Positions 9,440-19,662 of a stretch of 64,000 nucleotides of DNA are shown in pieces; position 1 is the stretch's first letter; each line of letters opens with the position of its first letter. The stretch lies in contig CAWKBF010000003.1 in the NCBI GenBank assembly GCA_963847815.1, positions 970,935 to 1,034,934 of the forward strand. Reading direction: 5' to 3'. The translations under genes were made by a program, and so were the position numbers. The notes beneath the pieces were generated by a model. That model ran no database searches and was not told where the DNA came from. It saw nothing but the letters and a program-made list of their open reading frames with translations. The DNA comes from an uncultured Acidimicrobiia bacterium. Its GTDB lineage: Bacteria; Actinomycetota; Acidimicrobiia; IMCC26256; JAENVU01.

Positions 9440-10456
9440 ATGCTGCAGGTACGAGTGCACGGTCCGGGCGACGCACGCGTCGACGATGTCTTGGAGCCGG
9501 CTCCCCGGGCTCGTGACGCAGTGGTTCGCGTCGCCGCGTGTGGGGTGTGCGGGAGCGATCTGTCCTACATCCGCCTTGGCGGTGTTGCCGGCCCGGGGGA
9601 GACGCCGATGTGCCTCGGCCACGAGATCGCCGGCGTCGTCGACTGGGTGGGCGCCGAGGTCACGAGCGTGCACGTCGGGGACCGGGTGGTGGTGCAGCCG
9701 GGCAACGACGACCTGGGCCGCATCGGCAACGGTGCCCCCGAGGGCGGGCTCACCCCGCTCCTGCTGGTGACCGATGTCGATCGAGGTCGCCTTCACCATG
9801 TGCCCAGCGATCTGCCGCTCGACGTGGCGGCCTTCGCCGAGCCACTTGCGGTGGGGATGCACGCGGCCGAGCAGGCGGACGTGCGACCGGGCGACGGGGT
9901 GTGCGTGTTCGGTTGCGGCCCGATCGGTCTGGCCGCGATTGCCACCCTGGTGGACCGTGGCCACGATCGGGTCGTGGCGGTCGACCTGAGCCCGACACGC
10001 CTCGAGCTCGCGCTCGGACTGGGCGCGCAGGCGGCCTTCGATCCGACCACCTCGGACGTCTGGAGTGAGCTCGCCCGACTTCACGGCACGGCACCGTTCA
10101 TGTTCGGTCCGACGCCGGCGACTGCCGCCTTCATCGAGGCCTCCGGCGCCGATCGCGTCATCGGGGACGTGATCAACCACGCTGCGGTCGGTGCCCGGCT
10201 GTCCGTGGTCGCGCTGCACTACAACCCGGTGCCGACGAACTTCCTGATGATGCTCATGAAGGAGCTGACCATCCGCGGTTCGATCGAGTACCCGGCCCGC
10301 TTCGCCGATGCCATCGATCTGCTCGCTCGCCGCGACCTGTCCGCCCTGCTCACGCATCGCTACCCACTCGAGCAGTTCGACGCGGCCCTGACCACCCTGC
10401 AGAGCTCCAACGACTGCGGCAAGGTGCTCATCGAGGTCGACGCCGCGCTGCGCTGA
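9440..10456 (+). CDS. Zinc-binding medium-chain dehydrogenase (no structural-Zn lobe)
   Basis: CGVCGSD, GHE, EPLAV, GCGPIG, GKVLI. Confidence 0.9.
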   Translation: MLQVRVHGPGDARVDDVLEPAPRARDAVVRVAACGVCGSDLSYIRLGGVAGPGETPMCLGHEIAGVVDWVGAEVTSVHVGDRVVVQPGNDDLGRIGNGAPEGGLTPLLLVTDVDRGRLHHVPSDLPLDVAAFAEPLAVGMHAAEQADVRPGDGVCVFGCGPIGLAAIATLVDRGHDRVVAVDLSPTRLELALGLGAQAAFDPTTSDVWSELARLHGTAPFMFGPTPATAAFIEASGADRVIGDVINHAAVGARLSVVALHYNPVPTNFLMMLMKELTIRGSIEYPARFADAIDLLARRDLSALLTHRYPLEQFDAALTTLQSSNDCGKVLIEVDAALR

Positions 10457-10499
10457 GCGTTGGCCGGAGCGCCGGTCCGGGTGACCCGGCGTAGTGGCG

Positions 10500-11847
10500 C
10501 TACTCGATGGGGGAGAGGACGTTGCCCGCGGCATCGCCGAGGACGGGTTCGAGCAGCCATTCGGTGCGAACGATCCAACGGTGCAGGGCTCGCACGACAT
10601 CGGGACGCGGAAGGCCGGCGGCCGTGACCGCCGCCAGGCGATCGACGATCGCGTCGCGCGCTTCCAGCTCGTGGTCGATTGCGGCGATGTCGGCGCGGGT
10701 CGCGGCATCGAGGCTCGGTCCGTAGGCCGCGCACCGGTGCTGCCACTCGATGAGGGCGGCGGCGCCGCGACGCTGACGCTCGAGGTCCGGCTCGGGCGAG
10801 GGCTCACCGGTCAGCTGACGATCGTGTCGGTCGAGCCAGCTGGTCGTGGTCTGCCAGGCGTTGGTCAGCCGGACCACGTCGCCGCGGTGCGTGGTGCTCT
10901 CCGTGGGGAGGTCGGGTGGGTCGAGCTCGATCTCGTCGTGCTCGGCCACCATCTCGATCGCGCACCGCTGCTGCTGGACGTACCAGGTGAGGTACTGCGC
11001 GAGGTCACCGGGCGGGAGGGCCATCGTCGTCGCGAAGCTGAGTGCCTGGGGGGTCTCGATCGCCGCCATGACCCCGAACCAGCGCACCCGCTGCAGGTCG
11101 AGGTCGAACCCTCCGGCCTCGGCCCACCAGCGATACGTGTCGGCCACACCACCGACCGGTTCGCTGAAGTCGCGCATGCGCATGAAGGCGAGATCGTGGT
11201 GCGGGTCGCCGAGGTGGACCATCTCGAGATCGATGAGGCCGGTGATGCGCTCGCCATCCCACATGAACTGCCCCGCGTCACCTTGCAGCGCGGAGACCTG
11301 CTCGAAGTCGGACGGCATGGATTCGGTGAGCCAGCGCTCGACGAACGTGATGAGCGGCTCGGGTCGATCCTGGGTGGTCTGCCAGACCTTCACCCAGAAG
11401 TCGTGGTCGGCCGTGGCGATCGCACGGCCGCCGACGGGGCGCTTCCGATCCGTGTGGACGAAGAGATCCGGGTCCGCCCGGTGGAGCCGCGCCAGCACCT
11501 CGGCGAAGGCCTGCCGCGCTGCGGGTCGCTCGGGCTCGGGGACGTTGGCGTTGTCGACGCCGGGCAGCGCGTCCCAGAGGACGACGTCGAGGTCGGTGGA
11601 CTGGCCCCAGACCCGGGGCGCCGGGATTCCCGCGACGGCCATGGCCTCGGCCGGCGCGAGCTTCGCGGAAGACGTCGTTGGTTCCTCCGAAGCCGACCCG
11701 GTTGCCGCGCAGGTAGAGCGGGATGCGTTCGCCATCGCGTTCGATGTCGACCCACCAACACGGTCGCCAGCGGGCCTGGCGCTCGACGCGGGTGACCGCG
11801 CCGCCCGTGACGTCGTTCACCCATGCTGCGATCTGCTGCTCGTCCAC
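10500..11847 (-). CDS. Phosphotransferase (APH-like) family protein with a C-terminal extension; frameshift near 11660
   Basis: N-terminal RWRPCWWVD...LYLRG; VLARLH, LQGDAGQF, LIDLEMVHLGDP. Confidence 0.75.
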
Positions 11848-11870
11848 GAAGTAGTCATAGCCTTGGTGCC

Positions 11871-12506
11871 ATGACCGACGTCGACTTCTTCGTGGATCCC
11901 AGCTGCCCGTGGGCCTGGTTGACCAGCCGTTGGATCAAAGAGGTCGCACCCCAGCGTGATCTGGTCGTGACCTGGCGGTCCTACTGCCTGGAGATCCGCG
12001 ACGACTATGGCGTCGCCCCGACGATGCCCGAGAAGCTTCGGGAGCGGGCGATCGCCGCCCACGCCCTCTCCCACCGGATGCTGCGGATCTTCGAATCCGT
12101 CCGGGCCGAACAGGGTGAGGCCGCGATCGACGCGCTCTACGACACGTGGGGGCCGCGCTTCTTCGGTCCCGATCGCGAACGTACCGACGCGATCCTCGGC
12201 CAGTGCCTCGATGCGTGCGGCCTCGATCGTGCGTTCCTCGACGCGGCCGAAGACGAGAAGTGGGACGAGCCGATACTCGGCGCGATGGCGGTCGCCTGCT
12301 CGTTCGGAGGCGAGAAGACCCAGACGCCGACGATCGCGGTGCACACCGATCGCCCACACGGGTTCAAGGGACCAGTGATGGCACCCGTGCCGACCGGCGA
12401 CGCGGCGCTCGCGCTCTGGGATGCCATCCAAGTCCTCTCCCGGCAGCCCGGCTTCTTCGAGATCACCCGCCCACGGGTCAACGTCCCGCGTCCGGTCTTC
12501 GACTGA
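11871..12506 (+). CDS. DsbA-like / Rv2466c-type mycothiol-dependent reductase
   Basis: VDFFVDPSCPWAWLTSRW, TPTI, GPV, FFEITRPR. Confidence 0.85.
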   Translation: MTDVDFFVDPSCPWAWLTSRWIKEVAPQRDLVVTWRSYCLEIRDDYGVAPTMPEKLRERAIAAHALSHRMLRIFESVRAEQGEAAIDALYDTWGPRFFGPDRERTDAILGQCLDACGLDRAFLDAAEDEKWDEPILGAMAVACSFGGEKTQTPTIAVHTDRPHGFKGPVMAPVPTGDAALALWDAIQVLSRQPGFFEITRPRVNVPRPVFD

Positions 12507-12541
12507 ACCTCATCACGAGGGGTCGTCGGTAGGGTCTTCCA

Positions 12542-13773
12542 GTGCAACGGCGCGAGACCCGGTCCGTGGTGGCGCTGTTGGCGTCGGTCTTCTGCTCGTC
12601 GGCCGCGGTCGGATTGCTCACGACGGTGCTCGGCAAGCAGATCTTCGACCTGACCGGGAGTGAGCTCGCACTGGGTCTGCTCGGGCTCGCCGAGTTCGCG
12701 CCCGCATTCCTCCTGGTCTTCGTCACCGGCCCGGTCGCGGACCGGTTCGACCGGCGGAAGGTTGCGAGCCTCGCGCTCGCGCTCCAGTCGGTGACCGTGG
12801 TCGGGCTGGCGTGGTACTCGGGCACGAACCCGACTTCGGCGGTGCCGTTCTTCATCCTGATCATGGCCTTCGGCACCGCGCAGGCATTCGTGAACCCCTC
12901 CGAACGCGCGCTTCCCGCCGACATCGTCGAGGGCGTTCGACTCCCGTGGCTCGTCGCCCGGCAGACGGTGACGTGGCAGGCCGCATCCATCCTCGGTCCG
13001 GTCCTCGGTGGGTTCCTCTACGTGATCGGCGTGAGCGTTCCGTACTTCGTGGGCGCAGTACTTGTCCTCCTCGCGGCGGTCGCGATCGCGTTCGTGCAGC
13101 CGCGCCGGCGAGTCGTCGTTGTCACGGAACGTCCCGCGAGGGACTCCGCGAAGCGTTCGCCGGGCTCCGGTTCATTCGTTCCGAACCGGTTCTCCTGGGC
13201 GCGATCTCGCTCGACCTCTTCGCGGTGCTGTTCGGCGGTGCGGTCGCGCTGCTCCCCGCCATCGCTCAGGATCGACTCGGCGTCGGCGCGGTGGGACTGG
13301 GTTGGCTGCGCGCCGCGATCGGCATCGGCGCCGGTGCCGTGACCTTGGTCCTGACCGTGCGGCCGGTCCGCCGCCACGTCGGCCGCGCCCTCTTGGCCAC
13401 GGTCGCGCTCTTCGGGATCGGCTCGATCGTGCTCGGCGCGACCACGAGCTACGCAGTCGCGTTCATCGCGCTCCTGGTCCTCTCCGGAGCTGACTCGATC
13501 AGCGTGTTCATCCGCTCGACCCTCGTCCCACTCGTCACGCCGTTCAACATGCGGGGGCGGGTCCTGGCAGTGGAGGGCGTGTTCATCGGCGCGTCGAACG
13601 AGCTCGGCGCCTTCGAGTCAGGAGTCGTCGGGCAGCTGCTCGGGCCGGCGGTCGCGATCGTCATCGGCGGTGTCGCGACGCTCGCGGTCGCCGCGCTCTG
13701 GTGCGTGTTCTTCCCCGCCCTGCGCAAGGTCGACGAGTTCCCGACCTCAGTCGATTCATCCGCCGATTCATGA
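12542..13773 (+). CDS. MFS transporter (MFS_3/EntS-like); frameshift near 13140
   Basis: GPVADRFDRRK motif A, LDLFAVLFGG, MRGRV, SNELGAFESG. Confidence 0.88.
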
Positions 13774-14343
13774 AGTCAGCACCTTGTAGGTGACGTAGGC
13801 GAGGCCGTCACCGACGACCGTGGCGTCGATGAGGCGCGCGGGCTTCTGGTTGCTGGTCTCGCCGAAGAGGCGCGTGCCGGAACCGAGCACGACGGGGAAG
13901 ACGAACACTCGGAGCTCGTCGACCAGGTCGTGCTCGAGCAGGGTGAGCCCGAGCTGATAGCTGGCGTAGACGAGGATCTCGCCGTCCAGCTGCTGCTTGA
14001 GCCTCGCGACCTGGTCCACCACGTCGCCGGCGAGCACGGTTGCGTTGCCCCAGTGAGCCGGCTCGCTTGTGGTGGAGGCGACGTACTTGGGGATGGCGTT
14101 CAAGCGGTCCGCGAAGTCACCGCTCCGGGTGAGCCACCGCGACGCGAACCATTCGTCGCTGCGACGGCCCAACAGCAGCGCCTCGGCGCCGAGCGCCTCG
14201 TCGAGCAGGATCTTGAACAATGCGTCGCGGTCGTTGCCGCCAAACTGGTTGAACCAGCCACCCAGTCTGAAGTCCTCCACGCCGTCCGGATCCTGGACCA
14301 CACCGTCGAGTGAGGTGTTCGTGCTGATCACGATCGTGCCCAT
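13768..14343 (-). CDS. Dihydrofolate reductase family (RibD C-terminal) protein
   Basis: TSLDGVVQDP, LLLGRRS, PKYVAS, LVDELRVFVFPVVLGSGTRLF. Confidence 0.9.
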   Translation of the reverse strand: MGTIVISTNTSLDGVVQDPDGVEDFRLGGWFNQFGGNDRDALFKILLDEALGAEALLLGRRSDEWFASRWLTRSGDFADRLNAIPKYVASTTSEPAHWGNATVLAGDVVDQVARLKQQLDGEILVYASYQLGLTLLEHDLVDELRVFVFPVVLGSGTRLFGETSNQKPARLIDATVVGDGLAYVTYKVLTS

Positions 14344-14382
14344 CTCGCGTCTCCCTGTCGTCTGTGTTGTCGGCTGTCACTG

Positions 14383-14457
14383 ATGGAGACACCACGACAG
14401 CGGGAAACTGGGCGCGCACACGCGCGCCCAGTTCGCGGCGCTTCCGGTGTCTCCATG
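14383..14457. promoter_or_regulatory. Back-to-back ECF promoters CGCCCA-N18-GTCTCCAT on both strands
   Basis: Plus strand: CGCCCA 14425-14430, GTC 14449-14451. Minus strand: CGCCCA 14414-14409, GTC 14390-14388. Confidence 0.7.
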
Positions 14458-14500
14458 AAGGTGGAGGTGCCACGATGCGCGAGAAGGTGGAGGCGCGACC

Positions 14501-15513
14501 TTGAGGCTGACAGCAGAATTGATGAACGGGCCCGAGCCGGAGACGGGGATGCGTTCCGTGAGCTCACCGAGCCGCACCACCGTGAGCTCCAGGTGCACTG
14601 CTACCGCATGCTCGGATCCCTGCAGGACGCCGAAGACGTGCTGCAGGAGACGCTGCTGGCCGCATGGCAGGGCTTCGGAGGGTTCGAGGGACGCGCCTCG
14701 CTCCGCACCTGGCTCTACCAGATCGCGACCAACCGTTGCCTCAACGCGCGTCGCTCAGCGAGCCGACGCCCACCCAAGGAATGGGACGTTCCCCAGGTCG
14801 CGCCGCCGGAGCCGACGCGCCTCGGCGAGGTGGTGTGGCTCGAGCCGTATCCCGACGCCCTCCTCGAGGGAGCGATCAACGTGCCACTCGGGCCTGAGGC
14901 CCGGTACGAGCAGAGCGAATCGATCTCATTGGCGTTCGTGACGGCACTGCAGCTCTTGCCCCCGCGCCAGCTCGCCGTCCTCATCCTGCGCGACGTGCTC
15001 GGGTACCGCGCCAACGAGGTGGCCGACCTGCTGGAGGTCACCGTTGATGCCGCCAACAGTGCGCTCAAGCGCGCCCGCGCCGGGTTGGCGCGCCGTCTTC
15101 CGTCGACCGCAGAGCGCGAACCGGCTCCGACCTCGGGGTCGCGCTTCGAGGATGCGATCGTGACCAAGTTCGTCCGCTCGTGGGAAGCTGCGAACGTCGA
15201 TGCGTTGGTCGCGCTCCTGACCGATGACCCGTTCATGGCGATGCCGCCGATGCCCTTCGAGTACGAGGGCCGGGAGATCGTCGCCCGCTTCTGCTCCAAC
15301 ATCTTCGGATCGGGGCGAAGGTTCGACCTCGTGTCGACGCGCGCGAACGGACAGCCCGCGCTCGGGGCCTACCTGCGCGGCCCTGACGGCATCGCGCACG
15401 GTGTCGGCCTCTACGTCCTCACCCTCTCCGGCGACCAGATCTGCGCCCTCACCCGGTTCGAGAACAGTGTCCTGCCATGGTTCGGACTGCCGCGATCACT
15501 CCCGAACCGGTAG
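14501..15513 (+). CDS. SigG-like ECF sigma factor with C-terminal SnoaL-like domain (start uncertain; probable frameshift near 14523)
   Basis: HCYRMLGSLQDAEDVLQET, WLYQIATNRCL, WLEPYPD, LPPRQLAVLILRDVL, MPP, TRANGQPA. Confidence 0.88.
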
Positions 15514-15546
15514 CCCGCCGGTAGGCCCGGACGAGTGGCGCCGGCC

Positions 15547-16419
15547 TCAGAGGTTGTTCACGGGGGCGATGATGTCCTCGTAGTAGCGGGCCAGACCGTC
15601 GATCTTCTGGTCCAGGGGAGCGTCGAGGCCCGCGTAGAAGGCCCACGGCATGGTGATGATGTCGGTGACGCCGGCTTCCTCGGCCCGGCGGAAGTCGTCG
15701 GGCACGAAGGCGTCCATGAGCGGTGCCACGAGGGAGAAGGGCTCGTCCGTCCGGCCATACTCGGCGCGCCAGTGGTCGAGCTTGGCGCGCGCCTCGATCG
15801 CACCTTCGATGGTGAGGTAGTCGGCCAGCCAACCGTCGTGGCGGGCGGCGCGCTTCATCGCAACATCCGAGATCCCGCCGACGAGGATCGGCACGCGCTC
15901 GGTGGGGACCGGAGTCATCTCGAGCCGGGGGATGTCGTAGTGCTCGCCGTGGTGCTCGACCCAGCCCGGCTGCCACATCGCCTGGAGCAGCTCGATCATC
16001 TCGTCGGTGCGCTTGCCCCGCTTCGCGAAGGGCTGCTCGAGGAGGTCGAACTCCTCCTCGCACCAGCCGGTTCCGATGCCGAGCTGCACCCGGTTGTTCG
16101 AGATGACCGCAGCCGTGCCGACGGCCTTCGCGACCACGAGTGGGTTGCGCATCGGCAGCACGTAGACGCTGGTGAAGAACTGCAGGTTCTCGGTGACGGT
16201 CGCGAGTGCGCCGACCGTGACCCACGGATCGAGCCAGGGAGTGAACGGCTCCCACCGGCGTGAGCCGTCGGAGGTGTACGGGTACGCAGTGTCGAGGACC
16301 TCGAGGTTGATCACGTGATCGGACAGGCCGAGGCCGTGGTACCCGATCTCGTCGGCCGCCTTGGCGAGGGCGACGACCTCGGGGAATTGCATGAAGGCAG
16401 AGCTGATCGAAAAGCGCAT
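15547..16419 (-). CDS. LLM-class F420-dependent oxidoreductase (TIGR03619-like)
   Basis: LSDHV, YPY, DPWV, LGIGTGWCEEEF, RGKRTDE, PILVGG, RAARHDGW. Confidence 0.88.
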   Translation of the reverse strand: MRFSISSAFMQFPEVVALAKAADEIGYHGLGLSDHVINLEVLDTAYPYTSDGSRRWEPFTPWLDPWVTVGALATVTENLQFFTSVYVLPMRNPLVVAKAVGTAAVISNNRVQLGIGTGWCEEEFDLLEQPFAKRGKRTDEMIELLQAMWQPGWVEHHGEHYDIPRLEMTPVPTERVPILVGGISDVAMKRAARHDGWLADYLTIEGAIEARAKLDHWRAEYGRTDEPFSLVAPLMDAFVPDDFRRAEEAGVTDIITMPWAFYAGLDAPLDQKIDGLARYYEDIIAPVNNL

Positions 16420-16442
16420 GCGCTGATCCTTCCGCACTTTCG

Positions 16443-18770
16443 CTACTCGACGCGGAGCAGCGTCGCAGTGGGAAGGCGCCGAGCCCGGCGCGCGGGGAGC
16501 AGCACCGCGAGGTTGGCCAGCACCAGCGCACCGAGCGAGATCGCGAGGAGCCACCCGATCGGGATCGTCGGGTCGGGGAGCGCGCCGATCCGATCCGTGA
16601 ACGTTCGGAAGAGCCTTGTTCCCGCGATCACGCCGAGCGGCAGCCCGATGAGGAGGGAGACCATCGGGAGCAGCGTCGCCTGCGAGTGCATCACCCGCGT
16701 GATCCACCGCCGATCCGCGCCGAGGCTCTTCATGATCGCGACGTCGACGCGACGGCTGCGGGTCGAAACGTAGAGCGCGTGGAGCAGAGTCATCAGCGCG
16801 AGCACGGCGGTGAGTCCGGCGAGCGCGGTAGGAACTCCCCGGACGCGCCTGACGTTCGCGATCGCCGGCGGAACGTCCTCGCCCGCGCCTTGTACGGGCT
16901 CGCTCCCGATGCGGCCGGCGAGGCGCCGTACGGTGCCGGCGGTGAGACCCGCATGCGTCGTCACCGCGGCAAGGTTGGTGTCGGACGCCTTGTCCAGCCG
17001 TGCGAAGCCGGCGGGAGTGACGACGCCGCCCTGCCCGATCCCGTCGATTCCCCCGACGCCGGGGACGATGCCGATCCCGACGACTCGGTACACGCCGGTA
17101 CCGTTCGCCCCGCGCAGCCGGAGCTCGTCACCGATGTCCCGGCCCAAGCTGTCCGCACTGAGGCGCCCGAGCATGATCTCGCCGGGAGAGCCCGGGAGCT
17201 GTCCCGCGAGCACCCGTGGTGCGAGGTCCCCCTTCACCCGCTCGAAGCGCACCAAGCCGAGGTCCGCGGTCGAGCCGACGACGCGCGCAGATCCTTCCGA
17301 GAGGATCATCATCGCGGCGACGTCAGGAGCCGAGCCGATCGTGTGACGCAACTGGGCGGGACTGTGGTCGGACCCATCGTCGCCGAGAGCGAGGGTGTAG
17401 TTCTGTCCGAAGCGCGCCCGGTCCGCCACCAGACGATCGAGGCTCACCGCGAAGGTGGCCGCGCCGGCGACGATCGCAATGATCGCGGCGAGCGACGCGA
17501 TCGTGCCGTACGCCGGACGGCGCCGATCGCCCCGGGTCAACGCGAAGCGGGCACCGATCGCGGCGGCGGTGGCCGGCACGCGGCTCAGCCGGCCGCGTGC
17601 GCGACGAGATGCGTCCGGCCTCGTGAATGCCTGTTCCTCGTGGGCGACCGCCAGCCCGACCCACACGAGCACACCGAGGACGAGCAGGGTTGCGCTCCCC
17701 GCCAGTGCGATCAGGTCGATGCTGGTCCCGTTGTGTGGTTCGAGCACGCGAGCGAATCCGGTGGGAAAGGCGCTGGACGGGATGACGGCAAGCGCGATGC
17801 CGAACGCGAGGCCTGCGAGCGCCGGCACCGCCGCGACCACCAGGCTCTCGATCTCCCGCTGTCGGCGCGTGTACCCAATCGACAGCAGTGCAGTGCGCTC
17901 GTAATCGGGGCGTTGGACGTGTCGCGTCAGGAGCTGGCCCAGCGCGACGAGCGCACCGACGGCGAGCACTGCGGCGAGCACCCAGAGTCCAGTTGCCTGC
18001 GCTGAAACCGCGTTCCGGACGTCGCCCGCGACGACCACCCCGGGACCGAGCGAGAGCACCGAGCGATTGTGAAGCGTGTCGAGCTCGCGGCGGAGATCTG
18101 AAGCAGAGACCCCGGAGCGCAATCGAACCTGCATCTGCGTCGCCACGAACCCGACGTCCTCGCGCAGCAGCGCCGTGGGGAAGATGGCGACGATGAAGTC
18201 ACTGTTGATCTCGTCGGGCGACTCGATGACTCCCACGAGGGTGGCGGTGAAGGCCGCGCCATCCGGCTTCCCGCCGAAGCCCTGACCGTTCGCGATCTGC
18301 GCGCGCGAGATGCTCCGAAACGCGAAGCGATCACCGACGTGCGCACCGGTCGCCTTCGTGAACGACCGGTCGGCGACGAACTCGTGCGGATCGTCCGGGT
18401 TGGAATCGCGCCCGGCGATCAGATGCGACGTCAAGGGCCGTGTGCCGGCAAATGAGATCAGGGTGTCCGGCACCTTGTGCTGTGGGCTGTCGAGTCCGCC
18501 GAACACGAACGTGTACGCCGCCACCTGCTTCACCCCGGGCAAGGCCGCGATCCGATCGGTGAGCGGTGTGCCGGAGCGTTGCTGGATGAGCCCGTCGACG
18601 TTCCCACCGATGCTCGCCGTGTACCGATCGGGTGCGGTCGCCGTCCTTCGGGCTCCCGCCACGACCACGAGCACCAGGGAAACAACGATCGCGATTGCCG
18701 CGGCGACGGAGACGGTCGCCCACACGTGGCTGCGCACCCTCCTCGTCACACGGATCCCGATGGCACGCAC
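16443..18770 (-). CDS. FtsX-like ABC transporter permease (two FtsX domains)
   Basis: About 775 aa; LLSIGYTRRQ and RRVDVAIMKSLGADRR motifs; C-terminal PARRARRLPTATLLRVE. Confidence 0.85.
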   Translation of the reverse strand: MRAIGIRVTRRVRSHVWATVSVAAAIAIVVSLVLVVVAGARRTATAPDRYTASIGGNVDGLIQQRSGTPLTDRIAALPGVKQVAAYTFVFGGLDSPQHKVPDTLISFAGTRPLTSHLIAGRDSNPDDPHEFVADRSFTKATGAHVGDRFAFRSISRAQIANGQGFGGKPDGAAFTATLVGVIESPDEINSDFIVAIFPTALLREDVGFVATQMQVRLRSGVSASDLRRELDTLHNRSVLSLGPGVVVAGDVRNAVSAQATGLWVLAAVLAVGALVALGQLLTRHVQRPDYERTALLSIGYTRRQREIESLVVAAVPALAGLAFGIALAVIPSSAFPTGFARVLEPHNGTSIDLIALAGSATLLVLGVLVWVGLAVAHEEQAFTRPDASRRARGRLSRVPATAAAIGARFALTRGDRRRPAYGTIASLAAIIAIVAGAATFAVSLDRLVADRARFGQNYTLALGDDGSDHSPAQLRHTIGSAPDVAAMMILSEGSARVVGSTADLGLVRFERVKGDLAPRVLAGQLPGSPGEIMLGRLSADSLGRDIGDELRLRGANGTGVYRVVGIGIVPGVGGIDGIGQGGVVTPAGFARLDKASDTNLAAVTTHAGLTAGTVRRLAGRIGSEPVQGAGEDVPPAIANVRRVRGVPTALAGLTAVLALMTLLHALYVSTRSRRVDVAIMKSLGADRRWITRVMHSQATLLPMVSLLIGLPLGVIAGTRLFRTFTDRIGALPDPTIPIGWLLAISLGALVLANLAVLLPARRARRLPTATLLRVE

Positions 18771-18983
18771 AGCACCAATTACTGCGGACGCGAGGCCCAG
18801 TGTCCACCCGGATGGCTCGCCGTGGTACCGGGTGCTACCACCCCCACGACCGTGCCGCGGTGTGCGTGAGATCAGGCGTCGTGTCAAAGGGCCCTTGGAT
18901 CCGCAGCTAACGTTGCAAGGTTCCTTTCTTGGCAGGCCCCGGACCTCGGCTTGGTTGTGGACAAGCTCATGTGAGGTCCGAAG

Positions 18984-19646
18984 ATGGCGTTGCTCGGCTC
19001 GGCCACCGCGTCCCGTGCGTCATTCGACTATTCCTCGTGGACTGACCAGCAGCTCGTCTTTGCGACGCCCGAAACCCGTCATGAAGCCTTTGCCGAGCTG
19101 TTCGTGCGGCACTCGAAATCAGTCGGCGCAGTCGCCCGCATGGTGCTCGGCTCTGCGGCATGGGGGAGTGACGACATCGTCGCTGAGGTCTTTGCCGAAC
19201 TGTGGCGTGCGCCGGAGCGGTTCGAACCCGACCGCGGATCACTGCTGACGTTCCTGCGGGTCTGTGCTCGGGGGCGCAGCCTTGATCTTCTCCGCTCAGA
19301 GTCGAATCGACGTCGACGTGAGCGCAACAGTGAGCCCTGCACGGGCGCGTTCGCCGAGATCGGGGCCAGGTTCAGCCCGGACGGGCGTGACCTGGATGTG
19401 CGGCGCGCGGTCGAGGAGCTCCCCGTGGCCGAGCGGACGCCGATCGAGCTCGCCTACTTCGTGGGCATGTCCTACCGAGCGGTTGCGCATCGCCTCGACC
19501 TTCCGGAAGGGACAGTGAAGTCGCGCATTCGAAGCGGACTCCGTCGCCTCGCGGCGAAGCTCGACCGCGCGAATGGCATGCGGGTGAGCACGCCACGCGA
19601 GGTCGACGACCACATCGCGGACCTCCGGATCCGAAGCAGCGCGTGA
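18984..19646 (+). CDS. ECF sigma factor, SigK-like
   Basis: AFAELF, VFAELWRAPERFEPDRGSL, IELAYFVGMSY, PEGTVKSRIRSGLRRL. Confidence 0.85.
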   Translation: MALLGSATASRASFDYSSWTDQQLVFATPETRHEAFAELFVRHSKSVGAVARMVLGSAAWGSDDIVAEVFAELWRAPERFEPDRGSLLTFLRVCARGRSLDLLRSESNRRRRERNSEPCTGAFAEIGARFSPDGRDLDVRRAVEELPVAERTPIELAYFVGMSYRAVAHRLDLPEGTVKSRIRSGLRRLAAKLDRANGMRVSTPREVDDHIADLRIRSSA

Positions 19647-19662
19647 TCAAGGGTGCGCTGGA

